A DNA stretch of 64,000 bases from the human T2T-CHM13v2.0 reference genome, Homo sapiens: NCBI RefSeq assembly GCF_009914755.1, contig NC_060932.1. The stretch is one strand, 5' to 3'. Positions 1 to 62,789 of this stretch are shown one piece after another. Made by a program: the position numbers and the translations under genes. The notes beneath the pieces are model-generated. The model did no database searches. It saw nothing but the letters and a program-made list of their open reading frames with translations, and was not told where the DNA came from. Each line of letters opens with the position of its first letter. Position 1 is the stretch's first letter.

Positions 1-559
1 AAGGAAGAAGTAAAATCTCTTCTGTTGGGTAATAAGATGTACCCAAAACAAAGTGAAATTAAACAGTCATTGCCCTCTACATTAATTCATAACAGTTTCT
101 TTTAAGAGCTTTGGGGCCTTCGTTACATGCTTAAAGTTCCCTGTGTGTGTGCAGATGCAGGTACACACATAGCGCACACACTCAGAACAAAACCACCCTC
201 ATTCTTTATTCTATCCCTTTCATCTACAGGCATTTAATACAGAAAATTCAGCTTACCTTAGTGGAAGAGTGTTGATACTGATTGTGATCCCTGGCATTTC
301 CAGAGTAGTTTCAGTGAACACATAGTGAAATATTGGCAGATACTATTTGTTTTCTGAAAGGTATTAATTTTGTGATTTCTGTATGCCCCAAGTGGTGGAT
401 AGGCCTGCCCGCTCCCCACCTTGACAAAAATCAGAAGGGCAAAAGAAGCCATCCGTTCAGTGTAAGAGCAAAACAAAATGAACAATTGTGAACATTTAGG
501 CATTTGTAATACAGCATATAGAAGCAAAGAAAAGGGGCCAGTCAGTGTGTACTGGAGTC

Positions 560-700
560 ATTGGGGAAGTTTTCATCTTGGGAATGGTCCTTGAAGAGTG
601 GACTGGGGTTTAGATAGACACAGGGAAAGGAGAAAGGCATCACAACAGAGGAAATAGCATGAGCAAAGGCAGAGAGGTATTAATGCCCAGACGGCCTGGT
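560..700 (-). mobile_element. L2 fragment
   Basis: gaaaggcatc..agaggaaatagcatgagcaaaggcagagaggt, typical antisense L2 3' region. Confidence 0.55.
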
Positions 701-1957
701 GTGCAAGCTGAGTTTTTCTGGAATGCTGTATTGAAGAAGGAAGACAGAAAGTTGCAGGAAAGATGGAAGTGCCAGGTGTACACAGAGTTTGGCATTCTCA
801 AAATTTTTCCATTGTCTTTACATCCTTGCTATTCGCCTGATCAGTTGTTTGCATAACTTGAATTTAGATCTTTATATCTGTGAAATTCAACGTTAGGCTA
901 ATTATAGAAAGAAATAAAATCAAATGGTGTTATTCAGAGTACCCAAAAAAAAAAATCTTTGCACATATATATTATCGGCTTTGGTGCCAACCCCAAGGAC
1001 ATTAGTAATGATTGTCACATTTCTTGTTTATAATTCTTTTATAAAGACCAAGTATCTGTTTACTTAGAGTGGGACTCTGCCTTCATTGGGGAAATGGTGG
1101 AAGAACATTTTTCTAGGAAATGACAGGAAAACATTTGAATTTCCTTAAGTAGGCATTATACATAATTTATATATCTTCTAATAGTACTGGCTTATATTGA
1201 CTTGAAAGCATGGGGTCTGTAACAAAAAGTGAATATGCTTCATAATAGACAAACAAAATCTTGAGTCCTTCAAGTAGGATGAGTTTGTGGGAAAGACATG
1301 GATGACCAGATGAGATTGGAAGTATTAATTACGGCTGTGTTGCCTGCCACTTAGGTGAATGCCATTGGGTGTAGCATTTAGCCTTCCTCTAGAATTCAGT
1401 GTTCTGAGCTACTTATGAAGACTTTTATCTAGATGATTTGTAAAATATTTTCTACCTTTAAAGTCTGGAACTACAATTCTTATTTTCCAGTTTGTTGTTA
1501 TTGCCCAAGGAATAATCCTTTCCAGGGCAAATGATCTTTTTTGCATATCAGCTCCTTCTCTGTATTACTTCTTTTGAAAGAAACATTCAAAAGCAAATGG
1601 TAATGCCTATGGAAATATTATATATTTTTGTAAGTAATGATTTTACTTTTGTCAGCTATGTTGAGTCTAAACATTTAAATTACTGCAAAATAAATTATAA
1701 AATTTCTTAGTAAAAATCAGAATTACATGGAACTAACTTATCAAGACTTAATTTGTGTACTTGTTAGGGGAAACAGGAGTTCAGAGTTGTTTTTAGAGGG
1801 AGGGAGAAAGTAAACTTGATGGAGTCCTTAACAGGAGCATTTGTAGTTTTTGCATTCCTAAAGCATTTATCTATACAAGTCACTACTTGTTAGATTTCAA
1901 GTGTTGCTGTAAACTTGAATTATATTTTCTAATGATTCTGACTTGCTCCTGTTTCAG

Positions 1958-49106
<47,149 letters not shown>

Positions 49107-51690
49107 CAACAGTGAACACTTAATGAAAGAATGTGGCTTTCTTCAGTCAAAGCATTTTTATTATCCACGTGATGGCTAAGTGGATAATTTAAAAGCTTAG
49201 TAATGTCTGGTCATTCACTGATTTGTGATGTCAATAGGATGGCACCTTGGAAAGAAAAATGAAGAACAACTTTATCAAGGAAGCTAGTATTTAAAAACAA
49301 ATTCATGAGCAAGCTGCAAATGAGAATGTGTTATATGCCAAGGAACAATGAAGTAGAATATAATGTATACTAAGGGATTTCAAGTTCTCAGAATTTTTGA
49401 GTAGTTGCTTACGTGAAGCTCAAGATACCTGTAGAAAGAAATATGGTATATTTGTATAGTTTTTAATAGAAAGATCTATGTTTATAAACCAGCACTTGGC
49501 CAAAAACAAAATTGTAAAGGAAATTTAAATTCTGGAGAATTCTACAGGGTTGCTCTAAGAACTGTCTTCTCAGCAGTTGATCCAGCTGTACGGAAATTTA
49601 GGGTATTTAAACTTTTAAAGGATCATGAGCTGTTTCTTGGGCGATGAATGTTCTCAATCAGAAAACTGACAGTAGAAATCTCACTTCTGGGGAAAACAGT
49701 TGTGGAATTCTTACTTCATTATGAATGTATTTAAAAAACAAACACCAAATAATTGGAATATATTGCAGGCATTAAGCTCATTAAAAACAAACTGGCTTGC
49801 AGAAGGGTCCGATGTGCCAAGTGATCATGATTCTGCTGGAAAGAGGATTTTAAATATTGTGGGAGTTCTCCCACCCTAAGTCTTACATAATGCCACCAGT
49901 CCATCCAAAACCTATATATCACCTATACTATATATATCATATATATAGTTGAATGGCAGTATTCAGGCTCAACGTACAGTTTGATCCTGAGTATGCTTGG
50001 TGTTTGCCTTCAGAAAAAAAAAAATACATTGTAAATAACCTCAGCTGGGATGAGGAGTGACAGAATATCAAAATAATTTGTGGCTGTGGATTTTTTTAAC
50101 TGCTAGTAGTGGAATACTGGAAAAGCTTCATTTCTGAAGATGAATTTTATTTTTAAAAAATACATGCACACTCAAAACTTTTAGCTTTGATCACAAGTGG
50201 ACAAATTTCTGAAACCAAAGGCAACTAAGTTGCTGTGTTAGCTCTTGCTGGATTTTGAGCCTAGGTCCTACTGTCTGCCAGTACTCATGTGAGTTGTATG
50301 TGCCCCCAGTGCTACATACGCAGGTATGCGTAAGTGTGTATGCTTGTTTTAAACAAACACTCAACGTACATATGTACATAATCTACACATATTTATATCA
50401 CATATCTAGTTTTATTACTATAGACTATACGAATTGGTGGTTAACATGAAATGTTACCTTTTAACAGACTGTTTTTAAAAATTAAAAATGTATGTATAGG
50501 TTTTGAAATTTTTTTAAAAGGGGAGAAAGACTGTTAAGAGGAGGCTATTTGATGACATAACACTTGAATATTTTATGCCTCATTCTGTTTATCAGTTCTC
50601 GCAATCTGTATAAATGCATTTTAGAACTGATAGACAGTAAACTTGAATTTATCTTTGATAAGAATACATGCCACTGTACATTCAGATATTATTTAAATTT
50701 GCAAACACATTGTTCTATATGTAAGGGTACTGTATGTAAAACTCTGTATTAAAACTATTCCACATATCCTAAAATTTCAGCTTGCCTTTTTGCGGCCTTA
50801 TATTTTGAAGTAAAGATTAAAAGAATGTGCAAAACAGTCAGAAATTTTTATTGCCTTTTGAGATTCTCCAACTTGACAAATGTGCCAAAGATCAACAGAC
50901 AGAAAATATCATCCTGTGTATTTACTTGTCATACTTTAACTTTGTGAAAGATCTTACTGATAAATGAAAAGCTTTAGCAGAGGTGGTATTGTGGGGTAAT
51001 TGCTTAAATTTACATATCAAAGTAAAAAAGTAGTGCCTGTATTCCATGTGTGGAGTAAATTTGCTAATGTCTATATTTTATGATTGATACTATTATTTTT
51101 CCTTTGCATTTTAAAATAGTGGCTCTAATATTTTCCCTGTCATGGCTACATTCTAGACATTGAATTTATATCTTCTTTTTTTCAGATACGGAGCAAATAG
51201 CATCCTTAACCTATGAATAATGGTGTTGCCTAGATTCTTGTCACACACACAGAAGACCCTTTGTACCTAGTAACATTCATCCTCTTGATTCCTGGTGAAC
51301 ACGGTTAAATTCATGCACATTTGTTCTTGTAGTTTCTAAAAATTAGATCAATTTATTTGTTAGCCAGCAAATTGAAAATTCCATTATTAGATTAATGAAA
51401 TTTTTGCTCTGCTTATATGTATACGAACTGGAAATCTGAATTTTTAAATTTAGATCTTTAAATCAAATTATTTTTATGCATATTTTCATTTAATATAGAG
51501 TATACCAATCGATTGAAGCCTTTCACAAGTAGTGCGCTGAGCTTTTCTTATTGAAGAGAGTGAATTAGTTTCTGAGAAGTCAATCTATTGTGAAAAGTTT
51601 CAGATGAGATTATTTTCTTTTAGTCTTTTTAAATATCACTATATGTATTTAAATAGAAGCAATAAACTAGAGAGAGTGTTTCTTGAAAAG
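49107..51690 (+). other. PHF20L1: PHF20L1 3' UTR (AU-rich, no recognisable repeats)
   Basis: Follows the stop codon; ends near AATAAA 51661-51666; end position is inferred. Confidence 0.7.
51661..51666 (+). terminator. Probable distal polyadenylation signal AATAAA (proximal ATTAAA at 50748-50753)
   Basis: Hexamer with upstream TGTA and downstream GT/T-rich sequence. Confidence 0.6.
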
Positions 51691-52779
51691 ACAATGTTTT
51701 ATTTGCCACCAGGCAGAACAGAATGAGCATTGGTAGAGAAGGCTCCCTCTTGGTATGTTACTGATAAACTTGTACTTCCTCATACTTGTTTGTGGTTCTA
51801 CTGACTTATTTCCAAACTTAAGAGTAATGTACTTCGAAAACAACTTGGTTATTCTTTAAATTTCAGGTAAAACCCCTTTTCCTAACACTCATCTTATTTC
51901 CACTGTCTTATTTCCTCTCAGATGTTCATATTTCACATGTTCAAAATGAAGCGTACTATTTCCCCTCCAATAAACGAAGTCTCCTGCCAACTTCACTGTC
52001 TCTGTTAATAACGTTACCCTAAGAGTTCAGGCTTCAAACACCGAGTCCTCCCTCATATCCATATCATTAAAACAGATAATATTGTCTTCTTACTTCTGAA
52101 TCCTACTGAAGGTCCAACATTTTTTATAAAATAATGTCATGAAGATACTACCACTGGCCTCTGAAACTGTAACTTTGCCTTTATTCTAATTCATCACAAT
52201 TGTCACTGCCACACTGTTCCATCCATTGCACATGTTCCATGCATTGTACATGTTACCTGCAGTATCTAATTTGTTCATAAAATAAGGTAAAATGATCATT
52301 TTCTAGATGAGGCTGAGGGATAGAGACATTTAGAAACTTATCCTGGATAAGACATAAGGGGGCAGGTTCAGGATTCAAATCCTGTGCTATTCAAGTTCAT
52401 AGTCTTTCCAGCATATGTGCTTCAACTATTCTTGTCATTTCAGTTTTCTGCTCTGGAATGTCTAGTGACTCCCTGTTTCAAACCATGTCAGGTCTTTGTA
52501 ATCTGGATCTTTTGCAATTTACATAATCCTCAGTTATTTAAATGTAGCCTTACTGTTAAATGGACTACACTTGTTTTCCTCTATTACCTTTGTATTGTTT
52601 TCCTCTTCTGGAAAATTCTCCACTGTTTATTGTCCCTCTGTAAACCCAGACAATCCTTCAAACTTCATTTCTCTTCCTATGAGAAGTAATCCATTACTGA
52701 AAGCCTTTCATGGTATCCTGCATTGTACCAACATATGGAGGAACTACATCAGTGATTAATAATATAGTGGAACAGGCAT

Positions 52780-52935
52780 GAACTCTGCAGTCTTGGACTC
52801 AAATTTTCACTCTGGCAATTTACTAGCAGTGTGATCTTTTGGAACTTCACTATCCTTGTCTGTAAAATGGGAATAATGCCCAGCTTAGAGCCTTGTTTTG
52901 AGAATTAAGTAAAGCAAATAAAGTACCTAGAAACT
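52780..52935 (+). mobile_element. MIR
   Basis: tttactagcagtgtgatc...tctgtaaaatgggaataatgcc. Confidence 0.7.
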
Positions 52936-54677
52936 GTTACTAAATAAATAGAAATTTCATTAGACATTAGGGTTGTCCATGTGCCAGCTATTAAGCTTAG
53001 AGGCTGGGGATGGATATGGAATTAATAAGATCACAGCCTATAGACTAATGGAAACATAAAAATATTTTTCAACAAGATAGGTGCTATCAGAGAGTACAAG
53101 GAGATGAAAGATAATTAGACTTGTAGGTGGAGGGGTTTTTGGGAAATAGATGATGAATGTTAATTAAAACAGTGGTCTTCTCATGTCTTTTGACTGTGAG
53201 TGGCCTCTCTAAAGCATTTCACTCCTGGTACACCTGTCTTTGGGTACTCCTGAAAGTAGCGCAAGAGATAAGACTTGACTGTATTTAGTTTATTCAGGAA
53301 ATGTTCCAAGGAATTGAAATGAGGGAGAAACAAAGGTGTGGGAGGGGAGGGAAAAAGCTAATATGAATATGCATAATTGAAGACACTGCCATGAGCAATG
53401 GGGTTTCGATTCTTCCATTTGAAGTTGTTCATAAATTTATTGCAAAGGATGATTTCCAATTTGCAAATATTGACATATTCAAATAAACCAGTTACATTAT
53501 TTTTAAATGTATACAATAGAATCAGAGTACAGTTTTGTTCCTTACCAACATGTTTTTAAAATACATGAGCAATCTTTAACATTTAGAAATTTTACATATG
53601 TTTATATTCTCCCTTCTGCCTTTCCACATTACTTACTAACAGAATATTCTTTTCTGTAATTATAGGTCTTTATCACCCTCTCATACTTTTGTCCACAAAA
53701 AATGGTGCATTGCAATTTTAAAAAGCATCAAAATACACACTGCAAACACTAATATCACTGAATAAATAGAAAAATTTACAATTGTAGTTGAACATTGCAC
53801 CCCTCCTAATTTAGCACTAATTGACAGAACAAGTAGACAAAGTCAAGATATATTAATAGAAGACTTAAGCAAAAGTGATCACCCAAAATGACTTAAAATG
53901 GACATTTATGGAACATTCTGTCCAATAACACAAGAACATACATTTTATTTTTAAGTGTACATGGAACACTAAAGATGATAGACTATATACTACGCCATAG
54001 AGCAATATGTCTCAATAAAGGTAGATATAAAACAGTCTCAATAAATGTAAAATAACTGAAATCATGCACAATATGCTCTCTGACCACAACTGAATTAAAT
54101 TGGAAATCAATACCAGGAAGATAATCTGGAAAAGTTCCCAAATGTTAGAGAATTAAACAGTGTACTTTTAAATAACCCATGAGCCCAAGAAAAAAAATGT
54201 TACAGGTAAGATTAGAAAATATTTTAAATAGAATGAAAATGAAAACAACATGCTAAAATTTGTGGGATACACCTCAATCGATGTTAGAAATTATAGCTTT
54301 GCTTATATTTATAAAAGTACAAAATCACTGATAAAAGATTTCACCTTAGGAAACCAGAAGATAAAGAGCAAATTAAAGCCAAATAAGCATAATAGCAAGG
54401 CAATAATAATAGTGCTGGAACCAATGAAATACTAAATGAACAAAATACAGATATAGATAGAAAGCTGGTTCTTGGAACAGAACAAAAATTGACACTCTTG
54501 GAGATTGATAAATAATTAGAATGGAGGAGGGGGACATTATTGTGGATCCAACAGTTTTTTAAAACACAGTGAATACATTTCCATAAATTTGAGGCTTAGC
54601 TGAAATGGGAAAATCCCTCAAAGGACACAAATTACCAAAAAACAAATGAAGAAGTAGAATTTATAATTAAAAATCTA

Positions 54678-54988
<311 letters not shown>

Positions 54989-55331
54989 CCTTCAGGTCTA
55001 AATATGAATTCTATTATAACATTTAAGGAAAATGTATTCTCGGTTTTATGTCAACACTGGCAGAAAGTACAAAAAAGCATTTAGTATCTTATGTCCTGAG
55101 ATGAACTTTGACCTCGTGCCAAAACCAGAAAAAAAAAAGATATTGGAAGATCAATGCATATTCCTCCTGAATGTAGATAAAAAATCCTCAGCAAAATATT
55201 AGCAAACCAAACCCAGCAATATAAAGGATAATACATCAAGATCAGGTTGAGTATTTTCCTAGGAATATGAAGTTGGCTTAATAATAAAAAATCAATGTAA
55301 TAAAATAGGTCAATAAAAGAATACAAACTAT

Positions 55332-55673
<342 letters not shown>

Positions 55674-56600
55674 TCACAAATTTCAACATCCATTCATGAT
55701 TTAAAATGATCAGAAAACAAAGATTAGAAAGAAATTTATAATTTATAACTATACAAAGGGCATATACCAAGAAACTTAATCTAACATCATAGTGGCAAAA
55801 GAATATGTCCCTCCCTAAGATGAGGGGCAAAGCAAGAACGTCCACTATCACCACTTCTATCCAGCATTGTATTGGAGGACCTGCCAGTGTAAGATGGAAC
55901 TGGGCAATAAAGAAAAGAAAATAAAAGTAAACCAATTGGAAAGGAAGAAGAAACATTTTTAGCTGACGTGTTTTGTACCTGGAAAAGTCTAAGGAATCTA
56001 CCAAAATGCTACCAGATCTAATATTTCTGTGCATTAGCAGTGAGCAATTGGAAATTAGAATGTAAAAATAAATGCTATTTTCAGCAGTATCAAAATGTAA
56101 ATAGGGGATAAATTTTTAAAAACGTTTAAGATATATGCAGAAAACTACAAAAACAATGCTGAGGATAATTAAAGATGACATAAATAAATAGGAAGATATA
56201 CCAGGATAATGGATTGGAAGACTCAGTGTTGCTGAAATGTCAGTTCTCCCAAAATTGACCTGTAAATGTGATGCAATCCTACTTAAAATCCCAGAAGACT
56301 TTTTGAAATAGATTATCAAGCTTATTCTACAATTTATATGAAAATGCAAAGGACCTAGAATAGCCAAAGAAATTTCAAGAAGAACAAAGTTGGAGGTAAT
56401 CCAATTTCTAATTTTGAGGCTTATTATAAAGCTGCAATCATCAAGACAGCGTAGACATGGCATAAAGATAGAGATGTAGATCCATGGTACAAAAATAGAG
56501 AATCCAGATATAGACCTAAAAAACATGGTCAACTGAATGAGAGTTTCACTTGCTCCATATCCTTGCCAGCATTTGGTAGTGTTAGTGTTTAAGGTTTTAG

Positions 56601-56943
<343 letters not shown>

Positions 56944-59419
56944 TATCTTATTGTTTTAATTTCCATGTTGATATCCAATTGCTCCAGTACCATTTGTTGA
57001 AAAGATTATCTTTTTTCCCTTTGAATTACCTCGGTGCCTTTCTTGAGAGAAAAGTAACCATAGTTATGTTAGTTTATTTCTGCATCCTATATTCTTTTTC
57101 CACTAATAAATATGTCTATCCTTATGCCAACATGAGACTCTCTTAATTACTATAGCTTTCTAGTGAGGTTTGGAATCAGGTAGAATAATTCTAATTATGT
57201 TGTTCCATAAAATGTTTTTGCTAATTCTAGATTTTATTTTTGCACTTCCACAAACATTTTAGGATCAGCTTGTCAGCTTCTTTTAAAACCTGCTGGAATT
57301 TTGACAGGAATTGCACTGAATCTATAGATCAATTGCTGTCTCAACAATATTGAATCTTCTGATCCAGGAGCATGGTATGTTTCTACATTTGTGTAGAATC
57401 TATGTATTTTTTTCTCAGCAGTTTTCTTGTAATTTTGAGTGTTCAGATTTTGCACTTATTTTGTTAATTTATTTCTAAGTATTTTTTCTTGATTATATTT
57501 TAAATGGAACTGTTTTCTTAATTTCATTTTTACATGTTTTACTACTAGAACAGATAAATATAATTGAGTTTTTAAAATCTTATATCTGCTAAAATCACTC
57601 ATTGGTCCTAGAATTCTTGTACATTCCCTAAGATTTTCTATATAAATTATGTTTTCTATGAATAGAGACACATTTATTTATTCTTTATTAATGTGTATAT
57701 CTTTATTTCTCATTGCATTATTGCACAGGCAAGAACATTCAGTCCAATATGAATAAAAGAGGTGAGAGTGGACATTCTTGCCTCATTCCCTTGGGAGAAA
57801 ACATTCAGTCTTTCACTATTAAAGATGATGTTATCTTTAAATTTTTGGTACATGCCTTTTATCAGATTGAAGTTACCTTTTTTTCTGGTTTGTTAAGAGT
57901 TTTTTTATGGTTATTATTAATGGGTGTTGGATTTTGGCAATGTGTTTTTCTGTTTCTGTTGACATGGTTGTATAACTTTTGTATTTTTTAATATAGTGTA
58001 GTACATGAATTCTTTCAGAGGTTAAACCAACTTTGAATTCCCAGAATAGACCCTGCTTTGTCATGATATAAAATGCATTTTATATATTGCTGGATTTGAT
58101 TTGCTATTATGTTGCTAAGGATTTTTGTATTCGTATTCATAAGGGAATATTGTTCTGTAGTTTTATTTTCTTGTAAGATTTTTGTGTGGCTTTGATATCA
58201 GGGTAATACTGGCTCTATTAAATTAACTGGAAAGGGTTCTTTTTTTTCTGTAATTTCTGAAGACTTAAGTGAAGTTAGTATTATTTTTTTCTTAAATGTG
58301 TAGTAGAATTCACCAGTGTAACCACTGGGATTGGCCTTCACATTTGGAGAAAATTTTAAATTACTGATTACTGATAAAATAAAAATATTTTATCAATATA
58401 GATATTCGGATTTTTCACTTCTTCTTTGAACTCATTTTAGAAGTTTGCATCTTTCTGGGAACGTGTACATTTCATCCAATTATCTAATGTGAGTTTTTGT
58501 AATTGTCCCTTAAAATTCTTTTAATTTATGGTTAGTCTGTAGTCATGTCTCTTATTCTTGATTTTATGATTGGCTGCTTGTCTCTCCCTCCCTCTCTCCC
58601 ACCTTCCTTCCTTCCTTTCTCTTCTTCCCCTCACCCCAAATCCTCAGTCTACTTAGAAGTTTGTCAATTTTGTTACCCTTTCAAGAAGCTGTTGCTTTAT
58701 TTTAGTTTTTCTGTTGCGTTTTATATTATGTTTTATTAATTTCTGCTCTTGAATTTCCTTTCTTTCTTCCCTTTATTTTTTTCCCTCCTTTAGCTTCTTG
58801 AGGTAAAAACTATGATTATTGATTTTAGATCTTTCTTCTTTTGAATCTAGGCATTTAAAGCTGTAAATTTCCCTCTAGGCACTGGCTTAATTGCATATCA
58901 TACTTTTTGACATGTTGTACTTTCTATTTTCATTCAGTTAGAGATATTTTCTAAGTGAAAATATATCTATTTTCTAAGTTTTTCTAAGTATTTTCTAAAT
59001 TTATCTTGTGATTTCTTATTGACCATGGATTATTTAGAAATGTTTAATTTCCTAGCACATGGGTATTTCTCATATTTCTTCTGTTGATTGTTTCTAATTT
59101 TATTCCAATATTGTTGGAGAATATTCTTATATAATTTTAGTCCTTTTCAATTCATTAAGTCTTGTTTAATGCCTAGCATATTAAATGTGCACTTGAAAAG
59201 AATGTGTATTATGCTATTGTTATGTGAAGTGTTCTATACGTATCAGGTCAACTTGGTTAAGAGTTTAGCTCAGGTCTGCTATATCTTCACTGATTTCTCT
59301 CTAGTTGGTATATCAACTATTAAGAAAGAGATATTGAAATTATCAGCTAAAATGATTGAGTTGTCTATTTGTCTTTTCAATTAAATCAATTTTTATATTG
59401 TGCTTTTTGGGCCTTTCTT

Positions 59420-59425
<6 letters not shown>

Positions 59426-59449
<24 letters not shown>
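59426..59449 (+). repeat. (TG)12 microsatellite
   Basis: Read directly. Confidence 0.95.
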
Positions 59450-59450
<1 letters not shown>

Positions 59451-59560
59451 ATTTACAATTTTTTATATCCTGGCATATTAACCTTTTCATTGTTATTAAA
59501 TATGACTTTTTGTGTCTAGTAGTACTCCTTGTCTTAAAATCTGTTCTGTCTGATATTGAT

Positions 59561-60635
59561 GTACCCAAGAGCAATGAAAACATGTCTACATAAAAACTTA
59601 TTTACAAATGTTCATAGCAATATTATTCATAATGGCCAAAAAGCAGAAACAACATAAATGTGCACCAATTGATAAATGGATCAATAAAATCTAGTGTATC
59701 TACATAATGGAATATTATTCAGCAATAAAAACAAATGAATTACTGATACATGCTACAACACATCTATAACATAGATGAACATTGAAACCCTCATACTAAG
59801 TGAATGAAGCCAATCACAAAAGACCACATATTGTATGATTCAATTTATATGAATTTTCCAGAACAGAAAAATCTATAGAGACAGAAACTGGATTGATTGG
59901 TGGTTACCTAGGGCTGTGGCGGGGCGGGGAATGGGGAAATTGGAGGATGATGGCTAAAGGGTGGGGGATTCTTTTGAGAATAACATTCTAAAATTTATAG
60001 TGATGGATGCAAAGTTATGTAAAGGTACCAAAAGCTGTTTAATAGCTGTACCAACAGCTATTAAATTGTTGAATACACTTTAAATAGGCAAATTGTAGGG
60101 TATGTGAGTTATCTCACCAAAGTCTTTTAAAAATTTTTTTTAAAGAACACATATACATCAAATTGTTGATTATGATGAAACCAAGGAGATGTTACGGCCA
60201 AATAAAATGTTAAATCCTGGATTGGACCCTGGAACAGAAAGAGGAACATTAGTGCAATAATTGGTGAAATTCTATTACAGTATTCAGTTTAGTTAATAGT
60301 ATTATTCTGATGTGATGTTAACATTAAGTGAAATTGATTAAGGGGTATATAGAAACTTTGTACTACTACTGCGACTTTGGGTAAGTCTGTAATTATTTCA
60401 AAATAAAAAGTTAAAGAAAAACTATATGAGACAAGAGTGAAAATGCAACCTATGGATTGTAGTTCAGAATGCACCAATAGTGGTTAATTGTAACAAATAC
60501 ACCACACTGATATAAAATGTGAACAGTAGGGAGAACTGCATGGGGAAGGAGGGTATATGGGAACTCTGTACTATCTGCTCAATTTTCTGTAAATGTAAAA
60601 CTGTAAAGTCTATTAATTTAAAAAAATTAAAAACT
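59561..60635 (+). mobile_element. L1M (L1MB/MC-like) 3'-end fragments
   Basis: caaatgttcatagcaatattattcataatggccaaa, atggaatattattcagcaataaaa, accacatattgtatgattc. Confidence 0.8.
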
Positions 60636-62297
60636 TCAAATTTCTTTCTATTTCTGAAAAAGGAATATGAAAGGATAATTTTAATATGCTATCTTTTTAG
60701 TTTGAGAAAGAAAAAAATTCAGTGAAATTATTACAAACCCACAGGCAATTTAAAGTTCATCCTTGCAATACACTGTCTCTAGGAATCAGGCTGGCTCAGT
60801 GAATCAAGGAGGAAATGCAGTCATGAGAAAAAGAAGCCGTGAAAGAATGAAAATGAAATGAAGGAAGATAGAAGAGAGTGTTGCTTTGGAGAAACTGTGC
60901 AATCTGTGAAGGCAGACTGGTCAGATTTAAATATAAAATAGGGCTTTGAAGGCCTGGGTAGGCTGATACAAGTGGGAAGTGGAGATGCACAGGGAATTCA
61001 ATTGCTCTGAAAGTAGACACTAGAGAAAGCAGAAACATCTTAATTTTCGCAAATCAAAACAAACTTGGAAATTTTGGACCACACTGCACTCAGATCTTGG
61101 AAGATCTTGGCTCTTTTGTTGGATTTCTTCAAGGAGAGAACTAGGATCAACCAACAGTTGAGAAGTTCCATCTTAAAACAACAAATAGCTCAGTAAGTGG
61201 GAACCATCCCATGAAGAATGGGCTACTATATGGGATGCTTACAGAAAACCTAGACATATGTAATAAGATTGGACCAAATATACAGAGTACTCAAAGTAGT
61301 TTTAGTGAGTTTCAAGGTGAGGCAGCCATCTTCATGCAGAGGTGGAGATACAGATGCTATTTATGCCCCAAGGAAACATGCCCGAAAAATTTACAGAATG
61401 ATGGCTCTAAAGTGAGGCACACTAATATGAGAGCCATTGAAGGGGCCAGGCAAAACAGGATAGTGTACATGTCTGAACTGTTGGTCACATGGCAGAATGA
61501 CTTGACGGAGACACTTGAGGAAGTGGCAGCGGACAAGATAGGTCTGAATAACTGATGCTTTGGGCAGTCCCAGAGTATATTGATTTTATCTCCTCAGATC
61601 TGAGAGAAACAAGTGGACAAAATCTAGTGGCATATGTTTAAAACTATTTCTAGAAAGAACAGAACAAAAAGAAGGGCTCAAATCCAGCAAACCATCCCAG
61701 CCCAAAATGAATCAGAGAAGAAAGGAGAGTGACTTAAGCTAGTTAACCTATTGGAAAATAGGCTGGGCCTTTCAGAAAGCGAAAGGGAGAACCACAGTGG
61801 AAAACAAAATGCCAATGCTGTATTTCTCTAGAGCAGAAAACAGTGTAGTAAAACAACTACTACTCAAGACACAGAACAGTTGAAAATAAAGAAAAGCAGT
61901 GTTTTCGGGAGCAATGGGCTTCTAATCATTACCAGTCCCATAGAGTGACAGCCTTCAAAAACCTCCATAAGCTAAAAATGGTACTTCCACTAAAAAAATT
62001 GGGGGACAAGGAGGAAACATCCCCAAGGGTAAGATTTCAGAGGGTTGCAAAATTCCAGGGCAGCAGCCAGTGTGAGACAGGGCTGTACATGGCTGTTCAC
62101 AAGAGCCAGCAGAAGAAGTATGGCCAGATACGTCCACCTTCAGTGTTGCATATTGGGATCAAAGGAGAAATAGAAATTGAGAGGTTTCAAGGATGTTCAA
62201 CACAAGGAGATGCATCTTAAATAAGACTAGCATCTGGGGCTGCCACCATTGAAACATTCTCATTTTTTCAAGAAAAATGATAGTCAGGCACTACTAT

Positions 62298-62421
62298 GCA
62301 TCTTATATTTATTACTTCATTTATAATTACATCATCCTATGAAGTTGGGCACTAACAGCATTTTATATGTATTACTTCATTTATAATTACATTATCCTAT
62401 GAAGTTGGGCACTAATAGCAT
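62298..62421. repeat. 60-bp tandem duplication at the edge of an antisense MIR
   Basis: attacttcatttataattacat(c/t)atcctatgaagttgggcactaa twice at exactly 60-bp period. Confidence 0.92.
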
Positions 62422-62789
62422 TACAACTTTATAGATGAGGAAATTGGGACACAGAGAGATTAAATAGCTTGTCCAAGATCATATAGTTAGTGCTCTTGGT
62501 AGAGTGTCATGGAGACCGGCACCACTCTTATGAATGCAGGGTGACTCTGATGGATGGTCTTTTCCTCTCCAAGAGTTAGCCATTCTTTTTTAAATGGTGA
62601 AGACCACTGGACTTAGGCAGGGTATGGAGGGAGGCATTTTGGGAAACTTGGGAGTGCTTCTGCCTCATTCCTGATTTTCAATCTATGAGAAGACTCCTTC
62701 CCTAAATGCTCTTGGCTTCTTGTTTCATCCCTTTTCCATAGATGTTGATAGTTACCTGGTTGATGAGTAACTTTTCCTCTTTTTCTAAT

